The position numbers were made by a program, and so were the translations under genes. The notes beneath the pieces were generated by a model. It was given only the letters and a program-made list of their open reading frames with translations, had not been told where the DNA came from and did no database searches. A stretch of DNA of 64,000 nucleotides, taken from NCBI GenBank assembly GCA_030390025.1, contig CM059432.1, positions 147,376,001-147,440,000 on the forward strand. Reading direction: 5' to 3'. Positions 49,101-61,984 of this stretch are shown piece after piece. How positions within the stretch are numbered: the first letter of the stretch is position 1; each line of letters begins with the position of its first letter. Source of the stretch: Squalus acanthias. Taxonomy: Eukaryota.

Positions 49101-52100
49101 AGGGAGGGGTGTGGGGCTGGAGGAGATTACAGAGATAGGGAGGGGTGTGGGGCTGGAGGAGATTACAGAGATAGGGAGGGGTGTGGGGCTGGAGGAGGTT
49201 ACAGAGATAGGGAGGGGTGTGGGGCTGGAGGAGGTTACAGAGATAGGGAGGGGTGTGGGGCTGGAGGAGGTTACAGAGATAGGGAGGGGTGTGGGGCTGG
49301 AGGAGTTTACAGAGATAGGGAGGGGTGTAGGGCTGGAGGAGGTTACAGTGATAGGGAGGGGTGTGGGGCTGGAGGAGGGACAGAGATAGGGAGGGGTGTG
49401 GGGCTGGAGGAGGGACAGAGATAGGGAGGGTTGTGGGGCTGGAGGAGGTTACAGAGATAGGGAGGGGTGTGGGGCTGGAGGAGGTTACAGAGATAGGGAG
49501 GGTTGTGGGGCTGGAGGAGGTTACAGAGATAGGGAGGGGTGTGGGGCTGGAGGAGGTTACAGAGAGAGGGAGGTTTGTAGGGCTGGAGGAGGTTACAGAG
49601 AGAGGGAGGTTTGTAGGGCTGGAGGAGGTTACAGAGAGAGGGAGGGGTGAGGGGCTGGAGGAGGTTACAGAGATAGGAAGGGGTGTAGGGCTGGAGGAGT
49701 TTACAGAGAGAGGGAGGGGTGAGGGGCTGGAGGAGGTTACAGAGATAGGAAGGGGTGTAGGGCTGGAGGAGGTTACAGAGAGAGGGAGGGGTGAGGGGCT
49801 GGAGGAGGTTACAGAGATAGGGAGGGGTGTAGGGGCTGGAGGAGGTTACAGTGATAGTGAGGGGTGTGGGGCTGGAGGAGATTACAGAGATAGGGAGGGG
49901 TGTGGGGCTGGAGGAGGTTACAGAGATAGGGAGGGGTGTGGGGCTGGAGGAGATTACAGAGATAGGGAGGGGTGTGGGGCTGGAGGAGATTACAGAGATA
50001 GGGAGGGGTGTGGGGCTGGAGGAGGTTACAGAGATAGGGAGGGGTGTGGGGCTGGAGGAGGTTACAGAGATAGGGAGGGGTGTGGGGCTGGAGGAGGTTA
50101 CAGAGATAGGGAGGGGTGTGGGGCTGGAGGAGGTTACAGAGATAGGGAGGGGTGTAGGGCTGGAGGAGGTTACAGTGATAGGGAGGGGTGTGGGGCTGGA
50201 GGAGGGACAGAGATAGGGAGGGGTGTGGGGCTGGAGGAGGGACAGAGATAGGGAGGGGTGTGGGGCTGGAGGAGGTTACAGAGATAGGGAGGGGTGTGGG
50301 GCTGGAGGAGGTTACAGAGATAGGGAGGGTTGTGGGGCTGGAGGAGGTTACAGAGATAGGGAGGGGTGTGGGGCTGGAGGAGGTTACAGAGAGAGGGAGG
50401 TTTGTAGGGCTGGAGGAGGTTACAGAGATAGGAAGGGGTGTAGGGCTGGAGGAGTTTACAGAGAGAGGGAGGGGTGAGGGGCTGGAGGAGGTTACAGAGA
50501 TAGGAAGGGGTGTAGGGCTGGAGGAGGTTACAGAGAGAGGGAGGGGTGAGGGGCTGGAGGAGGTTACAGAGATAGGGAGGGGTGTAGGGCTGGAGGAGGT
50601 TACAGAGATAGGGAGGGGTGAGGGGCTGGAGGAGGTTACAGAGAGAGGGAGGGGTGTAGGGCTGGAGGAGGTTACAGAGATAGGGAGGGGTGAGGGGCTG
50701 GAGGAGGTTACAGAGAGAGGGAGGGGTGTAGGGCTGGAGGAGGTTACAGAGAGAGGGAGGGGTGTAGGACTGGAGGAGGTTACAGAGATAGGGAGGGTTG
50801 TAGGACTGGAGGAGGTTACAGAGATAGGGAGGGGTGTGGGGCTGGAGGAGGTTACAGAGATAGGGAGGGGTGTAGGGCTGGAGGAGGTTACAGAGATAGG
50901 GAGGGGTGAGGGGCTGGAGGAGGTTACAGAGAGAGGGAGGGGTGTAGGGCTGGAGGAGGTTACAGAGATAGGGAGGGGTGTAGGGCTGGAGGAGGTTACA
51001 GAGATAGGGAGGGGTGTGGGGCTGGAGGAGGTTACAGAGAGAGGGTGGGTTGTAGGACTGGAGGAGGTTACAGAGATAGGGAGGGGTGTCAGGGCTGGAG
51101 GAGGTTACAGAGATAGAGAGGGGTGTAGGGCTGGAGGAGGTTACAGAGATAGGGAGGGGTGTGGGGCTGGAGGAGGTTACAGAGATAGGGAGGGGTGTAG
51201 GGCTGGAGGAGGTTACAGAGATGGGGAGGGGTGTAGGGCTGGAGGAGGTTACAGAGATAGGGAGGGGTGTAGGGGCTGGAGGAGGTTACAGAGATAGGGA
51301 GGGGTGTAGGGCTGGAGGAGGTTACAGAGATAGGGAGGGGTGTAGGGCTGGAGGAGCTTACAGAGATAGGGAGGGGTGTAGGGCTGGAGGAGGTTACAGA
51401 GATAGGGAGGGGTGTAGGGGCTGGCGGAGGTTACAGAGATAGGGAGGGTTGTAGGGGGCTAGAGGAGGTTACAGAGATAGGGAGGGGTGTAGGGCTGGAG
51501 GAGGTTACAGAGATAGGGAGGGGTGTAGGACTGGAGGAGGTTACAGAGATAGGGAGGGGTGTGGGGCTGGAGGAGGTTACAGAGATAGGGAGGGGTGTAG
51601 AACTGGAGGAGGTTACAGAGATAGGGAGGGGTGTGGGGCTGGAGGAGGTTACAGAGATAGGGAGGGGTGTAGGGCTGGAGGAGGTTACAGAGAGAGGGAG
51701 GGGTGTAGGGCTGGAGGAGATTACAGAGATAGTGAGGGTTGTGGGGCTGGAGGAGGTTACAGAGATAGGGAGGGGTGTAGGGCTGGAGGAGGTTACAGAG
51801 ATAGGGAGGGGTGTGGGGCTGGAGGAGGTTACAGAGATAGGGAGGGGTGTAGGGCTGGAGGATGTTACAGAGATAGGGAGGGTTGTAGGGGCTGGAGGAG
51901 GTTACAGAGATAGGGAGGGGTGTGGGGCTGGCGGAGGTTACAGAGATAGGGAGGGGTGTGGAGCTGGAGGAGGTTACAGAGATAGGGAGGGTTGTAGGGC
52001 TGGAGGAGGTTACAGAGATAGTGCGGGGTGTAGGGGCTGGAGGAGTTTACAGAGATAGGGAGGGTTGTGGGGCTGGAGGTTAAAGAGATAGGGAGGGTTG

Positions 52101-54520
52101 TAGGGGGCTGGAGGAGGTTACAGAGATAGGGAGGGGTGTGGGGCTGGAGGAGGTTACAGAGAGAGGGAGGGGTGTGGGGCTGGAGGAGGTTACAGAGATA
52201 GGGAGGGGTGTGGGGCTGGAGGAGGTTACAGAGATAGGGAGGGGTGTGGGGCTGGAGGAGGTTACAGAGAGAGGGAGGGGTGAGGCCATGGAGGAGGTTA
52301 CAGAGAGAGGGAGGGGTGAGGCCATGGAGGAGGTTACAGAGAGAGGGAGGGGTGAGGCCATGGAGGAGGTTACAGAGATAGGGAGGTGTGTGGGGCTGGA
52401 GGAGGTTACAGAGAGAGGGAGGGGTGAGGCTATGGAGGAGGTTACAGAGATAGGGAGGGGTGTGGGGCTGGAGGAGGTTACAGAGAGAGGGAGGGGTGTG
52501 GGGCTGGAGGAGGTTACAGAGATAGGGAGGGGTGTGGGGCTGGAGGAGGTTACAGAGATAGGGAGGGGTGTGGGGCTGGAGGAGGTTACAGAGATAGGGA
52601 GGGGTGTAGGGCTGGAGGAGGTTACAGAGAGAGGGAGGGGTGTGGGGCTGGAGGAGGTTACAGAGATAGGGAGGGGTGTGGGGCTGGAGGAGGTTACAGA
52701 GATAGGGAGGGGTGTGGGGCTGGAGGAGGTTACAGAGAGAGGGAGGGGTGTAGGACTGGAGGAGATTACAGGGATAGGGAGGGGTGTGGGGCTGGAGGAG
52801 GTTACAGAGATAGGGAGGGGTGAGGCCATGGAGGGATTTGAAAACAAGGAGGAGCATTTTAATATTGAGGTGTTGCTCAACCGGGAGCCAATGTAGGTCA
52901 GCGAGCACAGGGATGTTGGGTGAACGGGACTTGGTGCGAGTTAGGACACAGGCAGCTGAGTTTTGGATGACCTCAAGTTTTTGGAGGGTGGAAGATGGGA
53001 GTCTGACGTTGAGTACATTGGAATAGTCAAGTCTAGCGGTGACAAAAGCATGGAGAAGGATTTCAGCAGCGGATGAGCTGAGGCGGGGTAGAGTCGGCGA
53101 TGTTACGGAGGTGGCAGTAGGCGGTCTTCGTGATGGCGCGGATGTGTGGTCGGAAGCTCATCTCGGGGTCAAATACGACACCAAGGTTGCGAACAGTCTA
53201 TTTCAACCTTAGACAGTTGCCAGGGAGAAGGATGGAGTCGGTGGCTAGGGAACACAGTTTGTGGTGGGGACCAAAGACAATATTTAGTTGGAGGAAATTT
53301 CTGTTCATCCAGTACTGGATGTCGATGAAGCAGTCTGACAATTTAGAGACAGTGGAGGGGTTGAAAGAGATGATGGTGAGGTAGAGCTGGGTATCGTCAG
53401 CGTACATGTGGAACCTGACATGTTTTAGATGATGTCGCCGAGGGGAAGTATTTAGATGAGAAATAGGAGGGGCCAAGGATAGATCCTTGAGGGACTCCAG
53501 AGGAGAAGCCATTGCAGGTGATTCTATGGCTATGACTGGATCGATAAGAATGGAACCAGGCGAGGACAGTCCCACCCAGCTGGACGACAGAGGAGAGGTG
53601 TTGGAGGAGGAGGTGTGGTCAACCATATCAAAGGCTGCAGACAGGTCAAGAAGAATGAGGAGGGATAGTTTACCACAGTCACAGTCACATAGGACATCAT
53701 TTGTGACTTTGATAAGAATCGTTTCGGTACTGTGGCGGGACGGAAACTGGATTGGAGTGATTAAAACATGGAGTTCCGGGAAAGATGGGCATGGATTTGG
53801 GAGGCGACAACACGTTCAAGGACTTTGGAGAGGAAAAGGGAGGTTGGAGATGGGGCGGTAGTTTGCAAAGGCAGAGTGATCAAGGGTTGTTTTTTGGAAA
53901 GGGGTGATGACGGCAGACTTGAAGGGGAGGGGGACAGTACCTAAGGAGAGAGAACCGTTAACAATATCAGCTAACATGGGGGCCAGGAAGAGAAGTTGGG
54001 TGGTCAGGAGTTTAGTGGGACTAAGGCCAATGGAGCAGGAAGTGGGTCTCAAGGACAAGGTGAGCTCGGAGCGGGCATTAGGGGAGATAGGAGAGAAACT
54101 AGAGAAAGATGCGAGTTCAGGGCTAGGGCAGGGGGGGGAACCTTAGAGGAAAATTGGCCCGGTGGGCATGGGGAAGGGAGGAAAGTGGCAGAGGCAGCTG
54201 AATGGATGGTCTCAATCTTAGTAACAAAGAAATCCATGAGCTCCTCGCACTTATGATTGGAGGTGAGGATGGAGGAGGCAGGGGAGAGGGGTTTTAAGAG
54301 ACATTTTGTAGAAAAGAAGCTGGGCGTTATCTTTGCATTCCAGGATGATCATGGCAGAGTGAGCAGATTTGGCATACGAGAGCAGGACCGGATAACGTTT
54401 TATGTGGTCCAGCCAGATCTGGTAATGAATGGCTAAACCAGTTGCCCGCCATATACGTTCAAGTCTTCGTCCCTTGGACTTAAGGGAGTGGAGATGAGGG
54501 TTGTACCAGGGGGAATGGCC
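46146..54520 (-). mobile_element. L2-clade LINE ORF2 with a giant internal minisatellite
   Basis: Same 3' end as the 44233 copy. Upstream RT motifs FHMYADDTQLYL, ANYRPISNLPF, FKSAVITP. Confidence 0.92.
46465..52825. repeat. 36-bp G-rich minisatellite (GGGCTGGAGGAGGTTACAGAGATAGGGAGGGGTGTG), about 175 copies
   Basis: Tandem array of about 6.3 kb, seen directly. Confidence 0.98.
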
Positions 54521-54964
54521 AGGGTGAGAGTGAGGACCTCCATATCCTCTGGATTTCTGGGTATCTACCCCATAACTGCACTCTCCCTGCTCCCTCCCCG
54601 TAAATATTGGGGCATTAATCTCAGTTCTGGTCCTGCTCCCAATTTTGTTCCTAGGTCCAGTCTCAGTCCTTGTCCTGATCCCAGCCACCCTCCTGGTTCG
54701 AGATCCAGTCTGAGTCCTTGAAACAATCCAGGTCCCAGTCTCATTCCCAGTTGCAGGTCCAGCTCCGATCTCTGGCCTCCATGGTTAACTGGTTCATTCA
54801 TCTTGCTCATACCATTTTTTCCACAAAAGATACTAAAGTTCTTTTGATACTTTCAGAATGAAGGTGAAATAGAAGTATAGAATGTTGATATGCGAAGTTC
54901 ACATATGACTGCTTAATTCATATTTTGGATGAAACATTATACCGTGCCTTCATATTCCCTCTTG

Positions 54965-55210
54965 GATGGATTTAAAAGATCCCACAGCACTATTTGAAAA
55001 ACAGCAGGGAAGTTCTAACCAACATTTCTCTCTCAACCAACACCAATAAAAAAGGATCATCTGGCCATTTATCTCATTGCTGTTGATGGGAGCTTGCTGT
55101 GTGCAAATTGGCAGTTTTACAACAATGACTAGACTTCAAAAGTATTTAATTGTCTATGAAGCACTTGAGGACATGAAAGGCACTATATAAATGTAAGCTT
55201 ATTCTTTCTT
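54965..55210 (+). mobile_element. Degraded Deu-SINE 3' half
   Basis: Similar to 11125-11400. Confidence 0.75.
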
Positions 55211-55519
55211 AATGTGCTGGTACTACATTCTGGTGTAAAAATAGCGTACACAGGAATGTAGTACCAGAGTGTGAAACACTTGTATGTGAACTTTGCCGAA
55301 CTTTACGCTCTACCCTCTTGGATCGGAGATGAATACCACTAACTGTTGACTATAGGTTTAATTTGGGAATTTTTACATAAACTATGTTGAGAATACTGGC
55401 TGGGATGCTGTGCAATACAATTTGGTTACGCAAGTAATAATAATCATGATGCGGAGATGCCGGTGTTGGACTGGGGTGGACAAAAATGAGAAGTCGCACA
55501 ACACCAGGTTATAGTCCCT

Positions 55520-56261
55520 GGGGGAAAAATTAGGTCGCGCCCCATTTGGGGCGCAAATATAGTCTGGACGCAAATATTAGCGCCTGGCGCTAATTATCGC
55601 CACTGACTGGAAACTTCACTTTTACCGGCCCGGGAGGTGAGTGGAACGCTAAATCAGGCGCTGCATACCTGTCTTAAGGCGCAAAGGCCGAGCAGTGAGG
55701 TGCTAACTCAGCGCGCGAGCGCAGCGCAGCTGCTGCCAGTTAGCGAGGGAACACAGACACACTGGCGCCGGCCAGTTCTTAAAGCGGGAGGGGGCCAACT
55801 GTTAGGATCAGTAGGCAAAACTATCTCACAAAGCGTTGAGTCAATGCAGAAGTCTCTCTTTCTCTCTCTCCGAATCTCTCTCTCTCTCTCAGAACGAGTG
55901 GTGCAAAAATGTCAACCACAGAAAAAGACAGGAAGAGGCCCCCTTTAAATAGCGCCCCCCCCAGCCCCACAGCGATTGATAGCGTTCCAGTCTTCCGGTC
56001 GTTGGATGCACCAGGCGGTAAGGCAGGGGGCGCCACTCAATTTCCGCTCCGGGGCGCCACAAGGGCGTTGCACCATGGAATGACGTCACAATCTGCGCGC
56101 GCAGGTGGTCGCAGCGGTAAAGTTTAGCGCCGCCGCACAATCTCTAGTTAATTTCCCGAGCGGCGCAAACATCGCTGCGCCCGGGCGTTAGCAGCTTTGC
56201 GCCCCATTAGCGCCCTCTTAAGGCGCTAACGGGAGGCGCAACCAACTGAATTTTTACCCCC
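55520..56261. mobile_element. PIF/Harbinger MITE, family A
   Basis: TIRs GGGGGAAAAATT / AATTTTTACCCCC; homologous to 190-1084 and 37340-38144. TSD unclear. Confidence 0.88.
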
Positions 56262-56278
56262 AACAGTTTTATTTGAAA

Positions 56279-56315
56279 TTACGAGCTTTCGGAGCGCTCC
56301 TCCTTCGTCAGGTAA
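56279..56315 (-). ncRNA. Minimal type I hammerhead ribozyme motif
   Basis: Minus strand TTAC-CTGACGA-A-GGAG-GAGCG-CTCC-GAAAGCTC-GTAA. Confidence 0.75.
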
Positions 56316-56349
56316 AGTGAGCTTTGTATCTGATTTGTATTCCCTCACT

Positions 56350-56386
56350 TCACCTGATGAAGGAGCAGCGCTCTGAAAGCTCGTAA
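56350..56386 (+). ncRNA. Minimal type I hammerhead ribozyme motif
   Basis: TCAC-CTGATGA-A-GGAGC-AGC-GCTCT-GAAAGCTC-GTAA; one mismatch in stem I. Confidence 0.7.
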
Positions 56387-56644
56387 TTTCAAATAAAACT
56401 GTTGGACTATAACCTGGTGTTGTGCGACTTCTCAAGTAATAATAACCTATTATATCACAACTGACCAAGTTAGCTTCATGGGTTTCAATGAATACGGTTT
56501 ACAGGTCAGCATCCTGCTTATACGACAACTATCTCGGTATTTTGTGAACAATTTGATTAGAAGTGCAGGAATGCTCAGTGCCTTCCAGGGTTGAATGAGC
56601 ACCACAATTCATTGGTGCCACAGAGCTTGATGCTCTGGATAGAA

Positions 56645-57191
56645 AGGATAAAAAGAAAGAGAGTCTTGCATTTATATAGCACCTTTCCTGACCTGAGGAC
56701 GTCCCAAAGTGCTTTACAGCCAATGAAATACTTTTGAAATGCGGTCACTACTGTAATGTAGGATAGAAAGAGGGAACTTGAAACATATAAGATCCTGAGG
56801 GGTCTGGACAGGGTGGATGTGGAGAGGATGTTTCCTCTTGTGGGAGAATCTAGAATTAGAGGGTCACTGCATTGGGTGCCTGCTCCCTGTACTGTTTAAA
56901 AATAAGGGGTCGCCTATTTAAGACAGAGATGAGGAGAAATTTTTTCTCACAGAGGGTCGCGAGTCTTTGGAACTCTCTTCCTCAGAGGGCGGTGGAAGCA
57001 GAGTCTTTGAATATTTTTAAGGCAGAGGTAGATAGATTCTTGGTAAGCAAGGGGGTGAAAGGTTATCGGGGGTAGGCGGGAATGTGGAGTAATCGGATCA
57101 GCCATGATCTTATTGAATGGCGGAGCAGGCTTGAGGGGCCGAGTGGCCTATTCCTGCTCCTAATTCATATGTTCGTATGTATGTTCGTATG
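56645..57191. mobile_element. SINE 3' tail (-, 56645-56762) followed by a CR1 3' end (+, 56778-57191)
   Basis: SINE tail matches 45113-45230; the CR1 part is nearly identical to 29380-29763. Confidence 0.88.
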
Positions 57192-57949
57192 TAACTTCTG
57201 CTTTCGCGATAGGATGGTTCTGACAGCTCAACGCCTGGGTCATTTTTGAAATAATACAAGTACCATATTTTTAGAGTGTATCAAATCTACAGAACTACAG
57301 AAAAAAACCCACCCCAAAATATTTGTTAAACAGCAGTTTAACCCATTCTGAGGTGACTGGGTAATAGTGGTCTTTTCACCTTTTGTACTTATGCACTGTA
57401 CTGGATTTCCACAGGAGAAACTGCTCCACAATACCGACGCAGGGTGAAAAAAATCACCATTTCAGTGTGAGATTAGGCCTCATGCAAGTGTGAGCGAACA
57501 ACCGTGTGTGATGCACCCTGGACACGTGAGAATTTGCATGTTTGTAAAATTGGGCTGGCTGGCTGCATGGCACCAGACTGCATGTGTGGCACCAACAAGG
57601 CAAATGTATATGTGGAAGTGAGGAACAGTTGACGATGCAGGGAATCACACATTGAGCATGGTGGAGTGAGAGGCTGGAAGGAAAGTTGCTGTCGAAAGAG
57701 ATCTGGACAGAAAGTACCAGCTCTGTGTATGAACTGAAGGCTAAGTATTGATACCTCAATAGAACAGGAGTTTATGAACACATGGACCTCAATTATAATC
57801 CCCCCACCCCACCCCATGACAGGAGGGAAAGGTTCGGCAGGGTTGGGGGTTAAAATATCAGGACCAGGTAATCCAATCCCATTCTCACCACTTTAAATTT
57901 TAAAGTACAGAAATCAGGCCCAGTCTTCCCGATCACGTCCTCCCACTAT

Positions 57950-58950
57950 CCCTCCCGATCACCAGCCTCCCCCAGCCCTCCCGATCACCAGATCCCCCCA
58001 GCCCTCCCGATCACTAGAGTCCCCCAGCCCTCCCGATCACATCCTCCCCCCAGCCCTCCCGATCACCAGATCCCCCAGCCCTCCCGATCACTAGAGTCCC
58101 CCAGCCCTCCCGATCACCAGATCCCCCAGCCCTCCCGATCACCAGATCCCCCAGCCCTCCCGATCACCAGAGTCCCCCAGCCCTCCCGATCACCAGAGTC
58201 CCCCAGCCCTCCCGATCACCAGAGTCCCCCAGCCCTCCCGATCACCAGATCCCCCAGCCCTCCCGATCACCAGATCCCCCAGCCCTCCCGATCACCAGAT
58301 CCCCCAGCCCTCCCGATCACTAGAGTCCCCCCAGCCCTCCCGATCACCAGAGTCCCCCAGCCCACCCGATCACCAGAGTCCCCCAGCCCTCCCGATCACC
58401 AGAGTCCCCCAGCCCACCCGATCACCAGAGTCCCCCAGCCCTCCCGATCACCAGAGTCCCCCAGCCCTCCCAATCACCAGAGTCCCCCAGCCCACCCGAT
58501 CAGCAATGTCCCCCCAGCCCTCCCAATCACCAGAGTCCCCCAGCCCTCCCAATCACCAGAGTCCCCCCAGCCCTCCCGATCACCAGATCCCCCAGCCCTC
58601 CCGATCACTAGAGTCCCCCAGCCCTCCCGATCACCAGCCTCCCCCAGCCCTCCCAATCAGCAATGTCCCCCAGCCCTCCCAATCACCAGAGTCCCCCCAG
58701 CCCTCTCAATCACCAGATCCCCCAGCCCTCCCAATCACCAGAGTCCTCCCAGCCCTCCCAATCACCAGAGTCCCCCAGCCCTCCCAATCACCAGAGTCCC
58801 CCCAGCCCTCCCAATCACCAGAGTCCCCCCAGCCCTCTCAATCACCAGAGTCCTCCCAGCCCTCCCAATCACCAGAGTCCCCCAGCCCTCCCAATCACCA
58901 GAGTCCCCCCAGCCCTCCCAATCACCAGAGTCCCCCAGCCCTTCTGATCA
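57950..58950. repeat. C-rich ~25-27 bp minisatellite (CCCAGCCCTCCCGATCACCAGAGTCC) inside a probable MITE (~57790-59142)
   Basis: Tandem array seen directly. The right flank ends in GAAAATCTGAGCC, like Harbinger termini. Confidence 0.93.
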
Positions 58951-61900
58951 CGGCCTCCCCTCCAGTCCTTCTGTCTGCTGGCCAGGCTGTCAATTTGGCC
59001 AGCTGCAGGGCGGGAGGCAGCCCTACAATTTGAAAATGAGGCCCTGCCGTTAAGATCGGCCTCCATGTCCCCAGCCTCGCTGGATTTTTCACCTGTTACC
59101 CTGCTCCCCCGCACCCTCCCTGCCTCCCTGAAAATCTGAGCCATTGTGTCACTGAGTGTTCATTTAGATGAGAGAGGTGAAGCCTGTAAATGCAAGGGGG
59201 TAGATTTTGTATTCACCACCTGGGCGGAGTGCAGCAAGAAAATATCTAGTGCGGAGGATCACACGTTGGTAACAGCACCTGTCTGTGTCCTTCATTGAAA
59301 TGGAATTTTATTATTTGGTCATTTGGGAGTGGATAATTTTGTATCCCGAAACTTTTTCTTTAATTAAACAGGGTTGAGAAGTGTATTCATTTTTGTTGCT
59401 AACTTTTCTATTTTATAAATAACAAGTAATTACATTATTTCTATTTGTGGCATTTTACAATTTATAGTTGTAAAAAGAGTCGGACTTTATTAAATTATCC
59501 CGAATGAATTGCCTGTGGCTTTACCCACGGTCAGTTGATGAGTACTAGCATTCTTTATACAGTTGGGAAAGACACTTCAGACCCTCAGAACTACCTAATG
59601 ACCAGAGCCTGCAACTACATTGTGACAGGTGACATCGCAAAATTGAATGGGAAATGATGATGAGAAAGTGTGACCAAAAATCATGACAGCAGGAAGTAAT
59701 GTTTGTAGGCAGGAGGTGCATAGTCTATGCAAGATTGTTAACAATATATCGAGTTACTATGGGTGAAGGTACAGTGCATGTTGACTCAGATCAGCCGAGC
59801 ATCTCAGGAGGCCATCAAACGGATAGCCAAACTAGACATCCCATTGTAAGTTTTCCCTGTCATATGAAAGTAGCAGCAGTAACCTAGCATTGCAGGCATG
59901 TACCGGTCCATTAACTTTTACCTCTTAAGAGTATACTGGCAACAATGGTTAACGTAACAAGCCATATAGTGTGACTTTTCCATTGGGGTGAGGCTGTCTA
60001 TATGAACATTATGAATTCTCTGGTCTATGTTTTAAGATACTAAAAAGAATTCACTCAATTGTATTAAAAAAAACTTTCTCAGGGCAACTAAGGATGGGCA
60101 ATAAATGCTGGCCTCGACAGCAATGCTCACATCCTGAGACTGATTTTTTTGATTGATAAACCTTGCTTCCAAATTCAACTTATTGTTATAAAACTGTACA
60201 ACATAATGAAATGACAAATGTAAGAGTGCATACATTTCATCAGTATCCTAAACTAAAAAAGAAGTTACTTTTTTTTTAGCTCAACCCAGACCACTAACTA
60301 GTTCAATTTCCCCCAACCCCACCAAAAGAAACCCTCAGGCCCCATTGAGTGACCTTTGTACTATTTTACTAGCTTAATCCAAAGCTATAATACAGAAATC
60401 ATCAATTACATGAAACGGGAAATCTGTTTAACATATCTATGCATCTAAGATAACATTTTAATTCTAACACTTTGCCACTGGCACTTATTTCTTCTTCCAT
60501 TGAGCTCCAATATCATGGAACTACTCAAATATTGCAGGAAAATAAACTTTAAATTGCTGGGTATAAAAGAAGAATGACAATGAACTGAAGCAACTTCTCT
60601 CATACATGAAGTCTGAGCTTCAACAGAGAAAAACGAGTAGGCTGGCTTAAACACCCTCCCTTAATTGGAGTCAGGCACAGATTTTCATTACAGTACTGTA
60701 CATGGTAAAGCCGTAGCACTATCAAAACAAGTCCTCACGGCCCTTCAGAAAGTTGGGTTGCTTCACAATACACGACTTGCTTGCAATCCATTCCTCTTAG
60801 CCCAGGGTCCAGGGGGAACCAGGCATTTTGTAATTCTTAGCAAAGTATATGATGTGGTTGCCCTTTAACATTGTGCAACATAGAATTTGAAAAATTAGAG
60901 GCAAACTTCTGTAACCTTTGAACAGAGGTAGTACTATAACTGAAATCCCCATCAAGAGGATAATTATCCTTACCCCTATTTTGTTAAAAGATTTAACAAG
61001 AGCTAGGTTTTACTTTTCTGGTGTTATTTTGTGCTAGCTGTAAGTATCACTGCCATCATTTTAAAGTTTTAGCTGAGAACATAAGTACAACGAACAGCAC
61101 GCAAACTCGGCAATGTAGAACTACTCACCAACACAAAGCTGACAGCTGTCTTCAGTGAAGGAGAATCTCTCTGCTCTACTGCTCGGAGTCTCACCTCAGG
61201 CTTATCTACCCAGCATCAGTTGTTGTCATGGTAACGCTGTGTTTCCATGGCTTTTCCTCACTTTCAATTAATCTCTTTCAAAACACTAATTGTGGCCTGA
61301 AGACTTTTTTTACATCTCTGGAAACTAAAGCACAGGTTCCACCAGAGTCTCTGGCAGATATAAAAGTTGGACAATTTGTAACGCCTGGTAATTTCAAAGA
61401 CTCGTTTAGAAAGGCACCAGTGTTGTATATTAAGAGAACTTTGGAACAATCCAAAGAAATGAATTACCAGCAGCAAGTCAATCAGCTGGAAGTATTCCTT
61501 CGCAGTAAGCTGCAAACACGGGCCATGCTTACTTTTGAAGAATATTCTAGAAATCTGAACAGATGAAGCAAAAAATAATTACAGCGCTACAATAAATTGC
61601 TGGAAGCATGCGACAGATTGACCGGCATCTGATAGAGAAAGATAGACAAAATGTTTCAAGTGTCACGCTGACTCACAACTGAATCCGATTGGGACCACAA
61701 TACTACAATTAATAATCTTCTTTTGCATTCAACTGTCTTTTATTTGTTGTGTTTGCAATAAAAGTAACACATTTATGCTTGTTCACTCTTAATGTGACGG
61801 CACATTGTTTGTTACCTCCCCCCATTTCTTTACATGAAGCATTTGCATTAATTATTAAAATAATCAGCTGACTAACATTAATATATCTGGATCAGAACAT

Positions 61901-61984
61901 GGTTCTACATTTTAAACACAACTATTTTAAAGTTAGTACCAATTCATAAATCCCTCGAGGAACTCCAGGAATTATTCATTTTTA

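Larger units (their letters stand above)
55444..56432. mobile_element. Fold-back Penelope-type element with a 13-bp TSD, interrupted by a family A MITE
   Basis: TSD CAAGTAATAATAA at 55431-55443 and 56433-56445. Same arms as 45813-46006 in the opposite orientation. Confidence 0.85.

Noticed and set aside
46162..52908. Long repetitive ORFs (GLEEVTEIGRGV, GAGGGYRDREGC, SSSPTPLPISVT) as real proteins
   Set aside because: They are by-products of a stop-poor 36-bp minisatellite inside an L2 element; several frames on both strands are open.
61228..61566. 112-aa plus-strand ORF as a gene
   Set aside because: No recognisable homology or exon structure; cannot be supported without expression data.
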